The notes: generated from the sequence alone by a model not told the origin. A stretch of 24,000 nucleotides of DNA from an uncultured Actinomycetota bacterium (GCA_963721925.1 CAVRLH010000002.1:14336-38335), one strand, 5' to 3'; counted from the stretch's first letter, positions 7,355 through 16,129 are shown. Program-made: numbers and translations.

Positions 7355-8098
7355 TCAGCTCCTGCCTCGCTCGGCGGTCGAGGCCGGGTGATCGGTGTCG
7401 CCGAGCTGCTTTCTCGCAACGAACCTGAATCTGTCGCCGCGGAACAGGGAGCGCGTCCACTCCACGGGCCGACCGCTCGCATCCCACGCAGTGCGCTGGA
7501 TCAGCAACAGGGGTAGTCCCACCTCGATGCCCAGCAGGTTGGCGTTGACGGGGTCGGCCGGGGTCGTCTCGACGATGTCTTCGACGGTGTCGAGCTCGAT
7601 GCCGAAGGCCTCGGCCAGCGTCCGGTAGAGCGAGCCGCGGCTGTCGAGCTCCTCAGCCAGGCGGTGCAGCGGGCCCGGGAGGTGGGCGATCTCGACAGCG
7701 ATGGGCTCTTCTGCCTGGGTCCGCAGCCGAGCAACTCGATGCACGGTGGCACCGGGAGCGAGGTGGAGGTGGTGGGCCACCTCCTCGTCGGCCTCCATCA
7801 CGTCGACGCCAAGCACCTTGCTGCCGGGTCGCCACCCGTCCGCGGCCAGGTCCTGGGAGAACGACGTCAATGGTCTGACCTGCATCAACTTGGGCTGAGC
7901 GACGAAAGTGCCGCGACCCTGGGTGCGCTCGAGGCGGCCGTTGACGACAAGCTCTGCGATCGCCTGGCGCACCGTCGTGCGAGAGGTCTCGAGCAGCTCC
8001 GCCAGCTCCCGCTCGGTGGGCAGCGCGGCACCTGTCGGCAGGTCGTCGATGAGCCGCAGGATCTCCCTCTTGACGAGGTAGTACTTCGGGATCTTCAT
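7355..8098 (-). CDS. GntR-family transcriptional regulator, HutC/UTRA subfamily (DasR/NagR-like GlcNAc regulator)
   Basis: 247 aa. N-terminal winged-HTH: LPTERELAELLETSRTTVRQAIAELVVNGRLERTQGRGTFV. C-terminal UTRA-like effector domain. It lies divergent from a GlcNAc PTS/nagB/nagA operon, with dre-like palindromes in the shared intergenic region. Confidence 0.9.
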   Translation of the reverse strand: MKIPKYYLVKREILRLIDDLPTGAALPTERELAELLETSRTTVRQAIAELVVNGRLERTQGRGTFVAQPKLMQVRPLTSFSQDLAADGWRPGSKVLGVDVMEADEEVAHHLHLAPGATVHRVARLRTQAEEPIAVEIAHLPGPLHRLAEELDSRGSLYRTLAEAFGIELDTVEDIVETTPADPVNANLLGIEVGLPLLLIQRTAWDASGRPVEWTRSLFRGDRFRFVARKQLGDTDHPASTAERGRS

Positions 8099-8140
8099 GA
8101 ATCCTCCGCTGCCTGTTCCCTGAATGGCTTGACACGACAG

Positions 8141-8156
8141 ATTGGTCTATGCCAAT
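8141..8156. promoter_or_regulatory. dre-like (DasR-responsive-element-like) operator, site 1
   Basis: ATTGGTCTATGCCAAT matches about 12 of 16 positions of the Streptomyces dre consensus A(G/C)TGGTCTAGACCA(G/C)T. The flanks extend the dyad to AGATTGG...CCAATCT (8139-8158). It lies just downstream of a TTGACA hexamer at 8129-8134. Confidence 0.65.
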
Positions 8157-8161
8157 CTGCA

Positions 8162-8177
8162 ATTGGTCTACACCAAT
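8162..8177. promoter_or_regulatory. dre-like operator, site 2
   Basis: ATTGGTCTACACCAAT matches about 13 of 16 positions of the dre consensus, with perfectly symmetric ATTGG/CCAAT arms. It is offset exactly 21 bp from site 1 (two helical turns) and ends 23 nt upstream of the PTS start codon. Confidence 0.7.
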
Positions 8178-8199
8178 CTATCACCAGCCGGAGGACCCG

Positions 8200-10287
8200 A
8201 TGACAACCACCGCCCCCGCGGACGCCGAGACGAAGCCACGTGGCTTGAGGATCCCCGGATTCGCTCAGCTCCAACGCCTCGGCAAGAGCCTGATGCTCCC
8301 CATTGCCCTGCTGCCCGCGGCCGGCATCCTGCTCCGTCTCGGACAGGACGACATGCTCGGCCAGTACAACCCGCCTGTCATCGGTCCCTTCTTCGACGCG
8401 ATGAGTGCAGCCGGCGGCGCGATCTTCGCGAACCTGCCGCTGCTGTTCGCTGTCGGCGTGGCCATCGGGTTCGCCCGCAAGGCTGACGGCTCGACGGCCC
8501 TCTCGGCAGTGGCCGGATACCTGGTCATCGCCGAGGTGTTCAAGGCGATGTCGCCCATCGTCCTCGCCGGCGAGACCACCCCGGCCGGCGACCAGGCGAT
8601 GATCAACTACAGCGTCTTCGCGGGCATCATCATCGGCGTCGTGACCGCGTGGCTGTTCGACCGCTATCACACCATCCAGCTGCCGCCCTACCTCGGCTTC
8701 TTCGGTGGCCGCAGGTTCGTGCCCATCGTGGTCTCGCTGGCGGCACTGTTCATCGGTTTCGGCATGAGCTACCTCTACCCGCTCTTCGACATGGGTCTCA
8801 CGGGGATCGCCCAGTTCATCGGCGGATCAGGTGCGATCGGCGCGTTCGTCTATGGCTTCGTCAACCGGATGCTCATCCCGCTCGGTCTGCACCACATCGT
8901 CAACACCTACATCTGGTTCCTCTATGGCGACTTCACCGTCAACGGCACGTCCTACACCGGTGAGCTGACCCGTTTCGCCAATGGCGACCCCGAGGCCGGT
9001 CGCTTGACTGCCGGCTTCTACCCGATCCTGATGTTCGGCCTGCCCGCCGCTGCCCTCGCGATGATTCATTCAGCCCGCGCGAACCAGAAGAAGCTGGCCA
9101 TCGGCATCCTCTCCGCCGCCGGTCTGACTGCCTTCCTGACCGGCGTCACCGAGCCGCTCGAGTTTGCGTTCATGTTCGTCGCCTTCCCCCTCTATGTGAT
9201 CCACGCGGTGCTGACCGGACTGTCCTTGGCGATCGCGTACTCGCTCGACATCCACCTCGGCTTCTCGTTCTCGGCCGGCCTGATCGACCTGCTTCTCTAT
9301 GGCACGGCTCCGGCCGCGAAGAACATCCCACTGCTGGTCCTGATGGGTGTGGTGTTCTTCGTCCTGTACTACGTGCTGTTCCGCTTTGCGATCACCCGCT
9401 GGAACCTGCTCACCCCGGGCCGCGACCCCGAGGCGGACGGCGCGGATGATGCGACGGACGGCACCGATCACCCCGCCGGCGCGGGTGGAGCGACTGCGCG
9501 GGCCTACCAACTGATCGCCGCTTTCGGCGGCGCGGACAACCTCCAGGCCGTTGATGCCTGCATCACCAGGCTTCGGATCGAGGTGGCTGACAAGGCCGGG
9601 GTGGACGCCGCGGCACTGCGAGCGCTGGGCGCCGCCGGTGTGATCGAGGTCGGCAACAACGTGCAGGCCGTCTTCGGCACCCAGGCAGACGGGCTCAAGG
9701 ACGAGATCCGAGCGGCGCTCGCGCAGGGATCGGCGCCGGCTGCTGCGTCCGCACCCGAGGATGTGCCGACGCCCGCGGCAGCAGTCCCGGCCACCCCCAC
9801 GGCGACCGGTCGCCTGACAGTGCTGTCGCCCCTCGGCGGCACCCTGGTGCCGCTGAGCGAGGTCCCGGACGCGACGTTCGCGAAGGGGATCGTCGGGCAC
9901 GGTCTGGCCATCGATCCGCCGCGGGAGGTCGTTGACGTGGTGGCGCCGGCTACGGGCAAGATCCTCAAGCTGTGGCCCCACGCCTTCGCTCTCCAGACCA
10001 CGGACGGAGTGGGTGTCCTGGTGCACCTTGGCATCGACACGGTGCAGCTCAAGGGTGAAGGATTCAGCGCTTATGCTGCCGAGGGTGACGAGGTCGAGAT
10101 CGGTCAGCCGATCCTGCGTTACGACGTGCCCGCTGTCGAGGCCGCCGGACGCAATCCCGTCGTGCCGGTGATCATCCTCGACCGCAAGGCCGACACCGTC
10201 GTCCTGCGAGACCTGGCTGCCGGTGGCGATGTGAAGCCCCTCGAGCTGCTCCTCACGGTCGCTGCGAAGTCCACGGTCGTGAGCTGA
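8200..10287 (+). CDS. nagE: PTS sugar transporter, fused EIIC-EIIB-EIIA (glucose/N-acetylglucosamine family), probably GlcNAc-specific
   Basis: ORF track starts at 8149, inside operator site 1. ATG 8200 with GGAGGA at 8190-8195 is preferred. EIIC membrane domain: LGKSLMLPIALLPAAGILLRLG and onward. EIIB phospho-Cys motif: VDACITRLRIEV. EIIA-Glc His motifs: WPHAFALQT and VLVHLGIDTVQLKG. Substrate is inferred from the adjacent nagB/nagA and the dre sites. Confidence 0.88.
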   Translation: MTTTAPADAETKPRGLRIPGFAQLQRLGKSLMLPIALLPAAGILLRLGQDDMLGQYNPPVIGPFFDAMSAAGGAIFANLPLLFAVGVAIGFARKADGSTALSAVAGYLVIAEVFKAMSPIVLAGETTPAGDQAMINYSVFAGIIIGVVTAWLFDRYHTIQLPPYLGFFGGRRFVPIVVSLAALFIGFGMSYLYPLFDMGLTGIAQFIGGSGAIGAFVYGFVNRMLIPLGLHHIVNTYIWFLYGDFTVNGTSYTGELTRFANGDPEAGRLTAGFYPILMFGLPAAALAMIHSARANQKKLAIGILSAAGLTAFLTGVTEPLEFAFMFVAFPLYVIHAVLTGLSLAIAYSLDIHLGFSFSAGLIDLLLYGTAPAAKNIPLLVLMGVVFFVLYYVLFRFAITRWNLLTPGRDPEADGADDATDGTDHPAGAGGATARAYQLIAAFGGADNLQAVDACITRLRIEVADKAGVDAAALRALGAAGVIEVGNNVQAVFGTQADGLKDEIRAALAQGSAPAAASAPEDVPTPAAAVPATPTATGRLTVLSPLGGTLVPLSEVPDATFAKGIVGHGLAIDPPREVVDVVAPATGKILKLWPHAFALQTTDGVGVLVHLGIDTVQLKGEGFSAYAAEGDEVEIGQPILRYDVPAVEAAGRNPVVPVIILDRKADTVVLRDLAAGGDVKPLELLLTVAAKSTVVS

Positions 10288-10288
10288 C

Positions 10289-11074
10289 ATGGAGGTCGTC
10301 ATCCTCGACGAGCCGGAACGGTTGGCACACGTCGCCGCCGATGCGGTCGCTGGCGTGCTGGCGAGCAGGCGGAGCGCCACGCTCGGCCTTGCGACCGGAT
10401 CGTCGCCCCTGGCTGTGTACGACGAGTTGGCCGCTCGGTGCTCGCGGGGGGAGCTCAGCTTCGCGTCGGCTCGAGGTTTCACCCTTGACGAGTACGTCGG
10501 GCTGCCCGCCGACCACCCGGAGCGCTATCGGACGGTCATCGACCGTGACTTCGTCTCGCGGGTGGACTTCGCTCCGGGTGCGGTCGTCGGACCCGATGGC
10601 CTGGCGAGCGACATCCCCGCGTCCTGCGCGGCCTACGAGCAGTCGATCGCCGATGCCGGGGGAGTCGACCTGCAGATCCTGGGGATCGGCACCGACGGGC
10701 ACATCGCCTTCAACGAGCCGGGGTCGTCGTTCGCTTCGCGAACTCGGATCAAGACCTTGACCCGACAGACGCGCGTCGACAACGCCCGCTTCTTCGGGGG
10801 TGATGTCGACGCGGTGCCGACGCACTGTCTGACCCAGGGCCTCGGGACGATCATGCAGGCTCGCCACATCGTCCTCCTGGCGACCGGCCACGGAAAGGCG
10901 GAGGCGGTCCACCAGCTCGTCGAGGGTGCCGTCAGTGCCCTGTGGCCAGGAACGATCCTGCAGCACCACCCGCACGTCACGGTGCTCCTCGACGCGTCGG
11001 CGGGCAGTCGCTTGCAGCTGGCCGGCTACTACCGCGAGACCTATGCGGGCAAGCCGAGCTGGCAAGGGATCTGA
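10289..11074 (+). CDS. nagB: Glucosamine-6-phosphate deaminase
   Basis: 261 aa, starting 1 nt after the PTS stop. Signature LGIGTDGHIAFNEPGSSF, with family-typical length and context. Confidence 0.95.
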   Translation: MEVVILDEPERLAHVAADAVAGVLASRRSATLGLATGSSPLAVYDELAARCSRGELSFASARGFTLDEYVGLPADHPERYRTVIDRDFVSRVDFAPGAVVGPDGLASDIPASCAAYEQSIADAGGVDLQILGIGTDGHIAFNEPGSSFASRTRIKTLTRQTRVDNARFFGGDVDAVPTHCLTQGLGTIMQARHIVLLATGHGKAEAVHQLVEGAVSALWPGTILQHHPHVTVLLDASAGSRLQLAGYYRETYAGKPSWQGI

Positions 11075-11076
11075 CC

Positions 11077-12225
11077 ATGCTCCTGATGGCAGGGACAGTC
11101 CTGACCGGCGCGTCCTCGCTGGGACAAGGATGGGTGGAGATCGAGTCCGGCCGGGTGGTGGGCGTCGGTTCCGGCACCCCAGCCCGGCCACCGGACCTCG
11201 ACCTGGGTGAGGCCATCCTGGCTCCAGGCTTCGTCGACATGCATGTGCACGGCGGCGGCGGGGGCGCGTTCTTCGAAGCGACCGACGAGGCCGTTGCCGC
11301 AACGCTGGCACTGCACCGTCGCCATGGCACCACCGCCATGATGGCCTCGCTGGTCTCCGACCATCCGGAGGCGCTGGTCCGACAGGTGAGTGCCCTCGCC
11401 GACCACGTCGAGGGCGGCGAACTCCTGGGGATCCACCTCGAAGGACCGTGGCTGGCGGCGCGGCGGTGCGGCGCCCACGAGCCGACCGCCCTGCGCGATC
11501 CCGATCCGGCTGAGCTCCAGACGCTGCTCGAGGCTGGCCGGGGCGCAGTGCGCATGGTGACGCTCGCCCCTGAGCTGCCGGGCGCTATCGAGGCCATCCG
11601 ACTGATCGTCGACGCGGGAGCGGTAGCGGCGATCGGGCACACGGATGCGACCTACGAGCAGGCGCGAGCCGCCATCGATGCTGGAGCGACCGTCGCCACC
11701 CACCTGTTCAATGCGATGCGCCCGGTTCACCACCGCGAACCCGGACCTGTCGTGGCCGCGCTCGAGGACCCCCGGGTCACCGTCGAGCTCGTCAATGACG
11801 GTGTGCACCTGCACCCGGCCCTGCACCGCCTCGTGACCGCTGACGTCGGCGTCGATCGGGTCGCGCTCGTCACTGACGCGATGGCGGCGGCAGGGATGAT
11901 GGACGGCGCCTATCGACTCGGCTCGCTGGCCGTCGACGTCACCGACGGCGTGGCGCAGGTTGCGGGCACCGACACGATCGCCGGGAGCACAGCGACCATG
12001 GCGAGCATGGTGAGAACGGCGGTCACCCACGGGGTCGGCGACCCCGACGAGGCGTTGCTCACCGTGATCCGGCAGGTGTGCCTCAACCCCTTGCGGGCGT
12101 TGGGGCTGCCGGCGCCCGGTCTTGCGCCGGGGGCCACGGCCGATCTCGTCGTACTCGCCGGTGATCTTCAGGTCCAAGGCGTGATGCGGCAGGGAGCCTG
12201 GGCGCATCACCCGACGTCGTCCTGA
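11077..12225 (+). CDS. nagA: N-acetylglucosamine-6-phosphate deacetylase
   Basis: The ORF track start at 10942 overlaps nagB. ATG 11077, 2 nt after the nagB stop, is preferred. Amidohydrolase motifs: GFVDMHVHGGGG, GIHLEGPW, IGHTDATYEQ, THLFNAM. Confidence 0.92.
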   Translation: MLLMAGTVLTGASSLGQGWVEIESGRVVGVGSGTPARPPDLDLGEAILAPGFVDMHVHGGGGGAFFEATDEAVAATLALHRRHGTTAMMASLVSDHPEALVRQVSALADHVEGGELLGIHLEGPWLAARRCGAHEPTALRDPDPAELQTLLEAGRGAVRMVTLAPELPGAIEAIRLIVDAGAVAAIGHTDATYEQARAAIDAGATVATHLFNAMRPVHHREPGPVVAALEDPRVTVELVNDGVHLHPALHRLVTADVGVDRVALVTDAMAAAGMMDGAYRLGSLAVDVTDGVAQVAGTDTIAGSTATMASMVRTAVTHGVGDPDEALLTVIRQVCLNPLRALGLPAPGLAPGATADLVVLAGDLQVQGVMRQGAWAHHPTSS

Positions 12226-12250
12226 GGCCCCGGCAGCCCGGAGCGTGATG

Positions 12251-12889
12251 TCAGCCGGTGATCAGCCGGACGAGCGGCCGCAGGTCGTCGTGCACCGCCA
12301 CGACACCGGCATCGACGAGCGAGCCGGCGGCGTGCGACGTACTGATGCCATGCACCCTTCCCACGTCCGCCTTCAGCGCCGCGACCACGCCTGCAGGCGA
12401 GTCCTCGACGGCCAAGGACAGGGCGGGGTCGACGTCGAGACGTACGACCGCCAGGGCGTAGCCGGCGGGGTCCGGCTTGCCGGCGAGGACGTCCCGCGCC
12501 GTGACGACCGTGTCGACGGCCTCGAGGGACAGCCCGAGCGACTCCACCAGCGACCGCTCCACCCAGGCAGGACCGGCCGAGGTGACGATGGCCAACCGGA
12601 CACCGGCCGCACGTGCGGCGACCACCAGGTCGCGCGCCCCCGGCACCGCGTCGGCCGGTTCATCGGGGATGTGCGGTAGCACCTCGGCCAGCAGCGCTGC
12701 GGGATCGTGGCCCTGCCACGGCCCGGGCTCGGTGGCGAAGACGTCCTCGGCCCGCCTTCCTGTGAAGACCGAGAGGTCGGGGACGTCCCAGCTGCGGGCG
12801 TCGAGGAAGGCGCGGTAGCCGCGCCGGTGCAGGGGCTCGGAGTCGATCAGGGTCCCGTCGAGGTCGAGCAGCAGAGCAACCGGCCTCAC
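12251..12889 (-). CDS. HAD-superfamily hydrolase, subfamily IA (beta-phosphoglucomutase-like phosphatase)
   Basis: 212 aa with a GTG start. HAD motifs: I LLDLDGTLIDSE, II IVTSAG, III GKPDPAGY, IV VEDSPAG. Confidence 0.85.
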   Translation of the reverse strand: MRPVALLLDLDGTLIDSEPLHRRGYRAFLDARSWDVPDLSVFTGRRAEDVFATEPGPWQGHDPAALLAEVLPHIPDEPADAVPGARDLVVAARAAGVRLAIVTSAGPAWVERSLVESLGLSLEAVDTVVTARDVLAGKPDPAGYALAVVRLDVDPALSLAVEDSPAGVVAALKADVGRVHGISTSHAAGSLVDAGVVAVHDDLRPLVRLITG

Positions 12890-12981
12890 GCGGTGAGGAC
12901 CAGTAGGTCGCCCGCGATGACGGCTTCCCCCACCGCGTCGCTCGCGATCGCATCGTCTCTATCGAGGACGGGCAGTTCCAT
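12886..12981 (-). CDS. Possible 31-aa small ORF translationally coupled to the HAD gene
   Basis: ATG at 12981 (minus strand) is preceded by AGGAGA (plus-strand tctcct, 12987-12992) with 5-nt spacing. Its TGA overlaps the GTG start of the HAD gene (GTGA, 12886-12889). Peptide: MELPVLDRDDAIASDAVGEAVIAGDLLVLTA. The longer 61-aa track ORF (start 13071) has no SD. Confidence 0.3.
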   Translation of the reverse strand: MELPVLDRDDAIASDAVGEAVIAGDLLVLTA

Positions 12982-13369
12982 CGCTGTCTCCTGTCGGGCT
13001 GTGCTGCTGTCATGCAGACCGGGTCTCGTCCTCCAGCGCATGCTGAATTCGGGAGTGTATGTCTGACTCAAGAAGCGGTTCAGTCGCCCTCTCGGAAGGT
13101 CCAGCCATCGTCGTCGGACTCCACGACGGGGCCGACCGGCTCGACACGGACCTCGAACCGCAGCACGCCGCTGCCGGCGGGGTCGACCCGCTGCTCGGCC
13201 GGGGTCACCTGCACGCCGTCCGGGACGTCACCGAGACGGTGCCGCCGGTCTCGGGGCTGATGCAGACGAAGATCTCGCCGGCTCCCGGTCCTGGGTCTCC
13301 GTCGTGGCCCCCATCGTCCTTCGGGGCGGGTGTTTCGTCCGCGCTCGCGACGGACCCAGGCGGCCGCGG

Positions 13370-13582
13370 TCAGCTGATCTTCGTCAGGGCCCTCAGCGCC
13401 ACGCGACGCAGCGGGTTGAGGTGCGGATCGCGCAGCGCACGCAGCCGGCGTGCCTTGATGTCGTACGACGCTCCCAGGCGGGTGGCGGTGGCGTGGTCCT
13501 TGTTCACCAGGGCTCGCTGGATGGACTCGGTGTAGCGGTTCTCCAGGGACGAGAGCTTCTCGTCCACTACTGCGGGTGACAT
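13370..13582 (-). CDS. Small hypothetical protein (70 aa)
   Basis: The track ORF 13370..13669 is shortened to the internal ATG at 13582, which is preceded by GAAGGAAGG. Product: MSPAVVDEKLSSLENRYTESIQRALVNKDHATATRLGASYDIKARRLRALRDPHLNPLRRVALRALTKIS, basic and helical. No family recognised. Confidence 0.5.
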   Translation of the reverse strand: MSPAVVDEKLSSLENRYTESIQRALVNKDHATATRLGASYDIKARRLRALRDPHLNPLRRVALRALTKIS

Positions 13583-13629
13583 GGTGCCTTCCTTCAGGTA
13601 TCGGGTGTGTAACGATCCTCGCGCACTAC

Positions 13630-13643
13630 TTGGAACGTTCCAA
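13630..13643. promoter_or_regulatory. Perfect 14-bp palindrome TTGGAACGTTCCAA, candidate operator
   Basis: The sequence is exactly self-complementary. It sits in the lower-GC 194-bp divergent intergenic region, 48 nt upstream of the 70-aa gene (minus strand) and 134 nt upstream of the TagF-like gene (plus strand). Confidence 0.4.
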
Positions 13644-13776
13644 GCCAACGGCTCCATGACCTTGGGCACAGTCCGAATCGGGAAGATCGCAGCCCGTCCG
13701 GCGGTTGAAGAAGAAGCGCCCTGGCAAGAGTGTCGATCTGGCCCGAGACGTGTGGACCGGCCTCTAGACTCTGTAG

Positions 13777-14922
13777 GTGAACACGGTTCCCGTCACCGCC
13801 TACTTCGCCGGTGATCCCAGCAGGACCTACCAGCTGATCCAGTGGCTCGAGGTCCTCGACGTCCTGAACGACGTCCACCCGGTCTGCATCGTGCTGCGCG
13901 ACCCTGCGTCGCAACCGGTGATCGCTGCGCGGACGGACCTGCCGGTGTTCACCGCGGAGACCCTTCCCGAGCTCACTGAGCTGTACGCCGAGCTGGACGC
14001 CAGGGTGGTGCTCTACTGCAACAACTCGGCGCAGAACTTCGACTCCCTGCTCGACGGCCGCAGACTGCACGTCCACATCAACCACGGTGAGAGCGACAAG
14101 CAGTCCATGGCGAGCAACAACGCCAAGGCCTACGACCGGGTGTTCGTGGCGGGGGAGGCCGCCGTCCAGCGCTACGTCGCCGGCTTGCTGGAGTTCGACG
14201 CGAGTCGACTGGTGCGCATCGGTCGGCCCCAGCTCGACCTGCGCCGGACCCCGCTGGTCGCCCCGAGCACGCGGCGAACGGTTCTCTATGCCCCCACCTG
14301 GGAGGGTGACGCGGACTACAACGACTACACGTCGGTGGCCGTCATGGGGGAGTCGATCGTCCGTGCGATCCTCGCCGTGCCGGACGTCCGGCTCGTCTAC
14401 AAGCCACACCCCAAGATCACGACCAGCAGCACGCCTGACGTGTCAGGAGCGCACCTGGACATCCTTCGGGTGATCGCCGACTCCGCGCGGCGCGACCCCG
14501 CCGCCGGTCACGTGCCGGTGCTGGCCGGCGACATCCTGGCGGTCATGCCCGGGTGCGACGCCATCGTCACCGATGTCTCCTCCGTCGGGCTCGACTGGCT
14601 CTACCTGCACACCGACAAGCCGATCTTCCTCACCGACCGGCACGGGGACGTCGAGCAGCTCCGGCAGCAGATTCCGGTCAGTCGCTGCGCCGACGTGGTC
14701 GACGCCGACGACGTGGCGGAGCTGACGACGCTGCTCGGCGACCGGCTCGAGCGTGACGAGCACGAGCTCGCCCGGATGGCGATGCGGCACCACTACTTCG
14801 ACGACCTCCACGTGGGGGACAGCACGTCTCGTTTCCTCGGGGCCGTGTCCGAGCTGGTCGCCCTCTGCGACCAGCTCGTGGGAAACATGGCCGGCCCCGA
14901 CGGAGCCGCGGACGCGGGATAG
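13777..14922 (+). CDS. CDP-glycerol glycerophosphotransferase family protein (TagB/TagF-like)
   Basis: 381 aa with a GTG start immediately after an in-frame TAG. Family-typical motifs: VLYAPTWEGD, VYKPHPKI, DAIVTDVSSVGLDWLYLHTDKPIFL. Confidence 0.78.
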   Translation: MNTVPVTAYFAGDPSRTYQLIQWLEVLDVLNDVHPVCIVLRDPASQPVIAARTDLPVFTAETLPELTELYAELDARVVLYCNNSAQNFDSLLDGRRLHVHINHGESDKQSMASNNAKAYDRVFVAGEAAVQRYVAGLLEFDASRLVRIGRPQLDLRRTPLVAPSTRRTVLYAPTWEGDADYNDYTSVAVMGESIVRAILAVPDVRLVYKPHPKITTSSTPDVSGAHLDILRVIADSARRDPAAGHVPVLAGDILAVMPGCDAIVTDVSSVGLDWLYLHTDKPIFLTDRHGDVEQLRQQIPVSRCADVVDADDVAELTTLLGDRLERDEHELARMAMRHHYFDDLHVGDSTSRFLGAVSELVALCDQLVGNMAGPDGAADAG

Positions 14923-14947
14923 ATGCCGCGAGGTGGTGCGAGGCCGG

Positions 14948-16129
14948 TCAGGGAAGCAGGCCCTGGCCCGAAGCGTCACTGGCTTCGTCGTCGGGGTCGT
15001 CGTGATTCGTGGGGCTGCTCGTCGGCGGCGATGAGGACCTGGAGGCGACCACCTCGCCGAGGTAGCGCAGCACCACCGCGGCGATCGCCACGGCAGGTAC
15101 GCCGAGGAAGGCGCCGGCGACCCCGAATGCCGTTGATCCCAGCACCACGGTGAGGAGCACGACACCGGCGTGCAGATTCAAGGTCTTGCCCTGCAGCCAG
15201 GGCAGGAACAGGTTGCCCTCGAGCTGCTGGACCAGGAGCACGATGGCGAAGACGATCAGTGCCGCCACCCAACCGTTGGCTACGAGCGCCACGAGCACCG
15301 CCACGGCGCCGATGGCAACAGCCCCGACGATGGGGGCGAAGGCTGCCACGAAGGTGAGCATCGCGAGCGGGAGCGCCAGTGGTACCCCCACGATCACCAG
15401 TCCCAGGCCGATGAGCACCGCGTCGATCAGTCCGACGAGGGCCTGGGTGCGTACGAAACCTCCGAGGGTCGACCAGGCGCGGGTGCTGACCTCGACGAGG
15501 TGGCTGCCGACCCGTTCACCCGTCATCCCACGCAGCCAGGGAAGGAACCGGTGGCCGTCCTTGAGGAAGAAGAACGTCAGCACGAGGGTGAGCACGAGGT
15601 TGATCAGCGCGCTGGTGATCGCACTGACCCCGACCAGCACCCCTGAGGTGATGCTCGCGGCGCTGTCCCGGAGCTTGTCCTGGGCGGCGTCAACCACCGT
15701 GTCCACCTGGTTCTGGGTGACATCGAGCCGGCTGTCCTGGATGCGCTGTTCGATCGTGCTGAGACCGTCGGAGGCGCTGTCGGCGATTTCGACCACCTGC
15801 GAGCCGACAGAGGGAGCGATGAACAGGACCAACAGGACGACGACGGTCAGGGCCGCAAGAATCACACTCAGTGCGGCCAGGGCTGGTGCCAACCGGAGCC
15901 GTCGCTCGAGCCACCGCGACTGCGGCTGGAGAACTGTCGTCAGGATCAGTGCGAGCACGAGCGGCAACAGGATGCTCCACAGCTGAGCGACCCCCCATCC
16001 GACGGCCACGGCACCGGTCAGCACCACGATCCATCGCAGGGTCCATCTCGACAGCCAGGCCACACCGTCGCCGATCACCTGCCCGCGGTCGCGATCCGTG
16101 GGCACGGTCGAGGTCTGCCGGTCCGTCAC
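14948..16129 (-). CDS. AI-2E family transporter (PerM/UPF0118-type membrane protein)
   Basis: Polytopic membrane protein with the family-typical region TFVAAFAPIVGAVAIGAVAVLVAL...QQLEGNLFLPWLQGK. The track start at 16189 would overlap the upstream gene by 64 nt. The GTG at 16129 forms a GTGA overlap with that gene's stop codon, so it is preferred. Confidence 0.82.
   Translation of the reverse strand: MTDRQTSTVPTDRDRGQVIGDGVAWLSRWTLRWIVVLTGAVAVGWGVAQLWSILLPLVLALILTTVLQPQSRWLERRLRLAPALAALSVILAALTVVVLLVLFIAPSVGSQVVEIADSASDGLSTIEQRIQDSRLDVTQNQVDTVVDAAQDKLRDSAASITSGVLVGVSAITSALINLVLTLVLTFFFLKDGHRFLPWLRGMTGERVGSHLVEVSTRAWSTLGGFVRTQALVGLIDAVLIGLGLVIVGVPLALPLAMLTFVAAFAPIVGAVAIGAVAVLVALVANGWVAALIVFAIVLLVQQLEGNLFLPWLQGKTLNLHAGVVLLTVVLGSTAFGVAGAFLGVPAVAIAAVVLRYLGEVVASRSSSPPTSSPTNHDDPDDEASDASGQGLLP

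Noticed and set aside
8149-8199. Longest-ORF start (ATG 8149) for the PTS gene
   Set aside because: This ATG lies inside dre-like operator site 1 and has no SD. ATG 8200 has GGAGGA at optimal spacing and yields a normal EIIC N-terminus.
13059-13535. 158-aa plus-strand ORF
   Set aside because: It overlaps the SD-supported 70-aa minus-strand gene and the minus-strand coding-like remnant. Its translation is low-complexity (Gly/Ser/Arg/Pro) with no motif.
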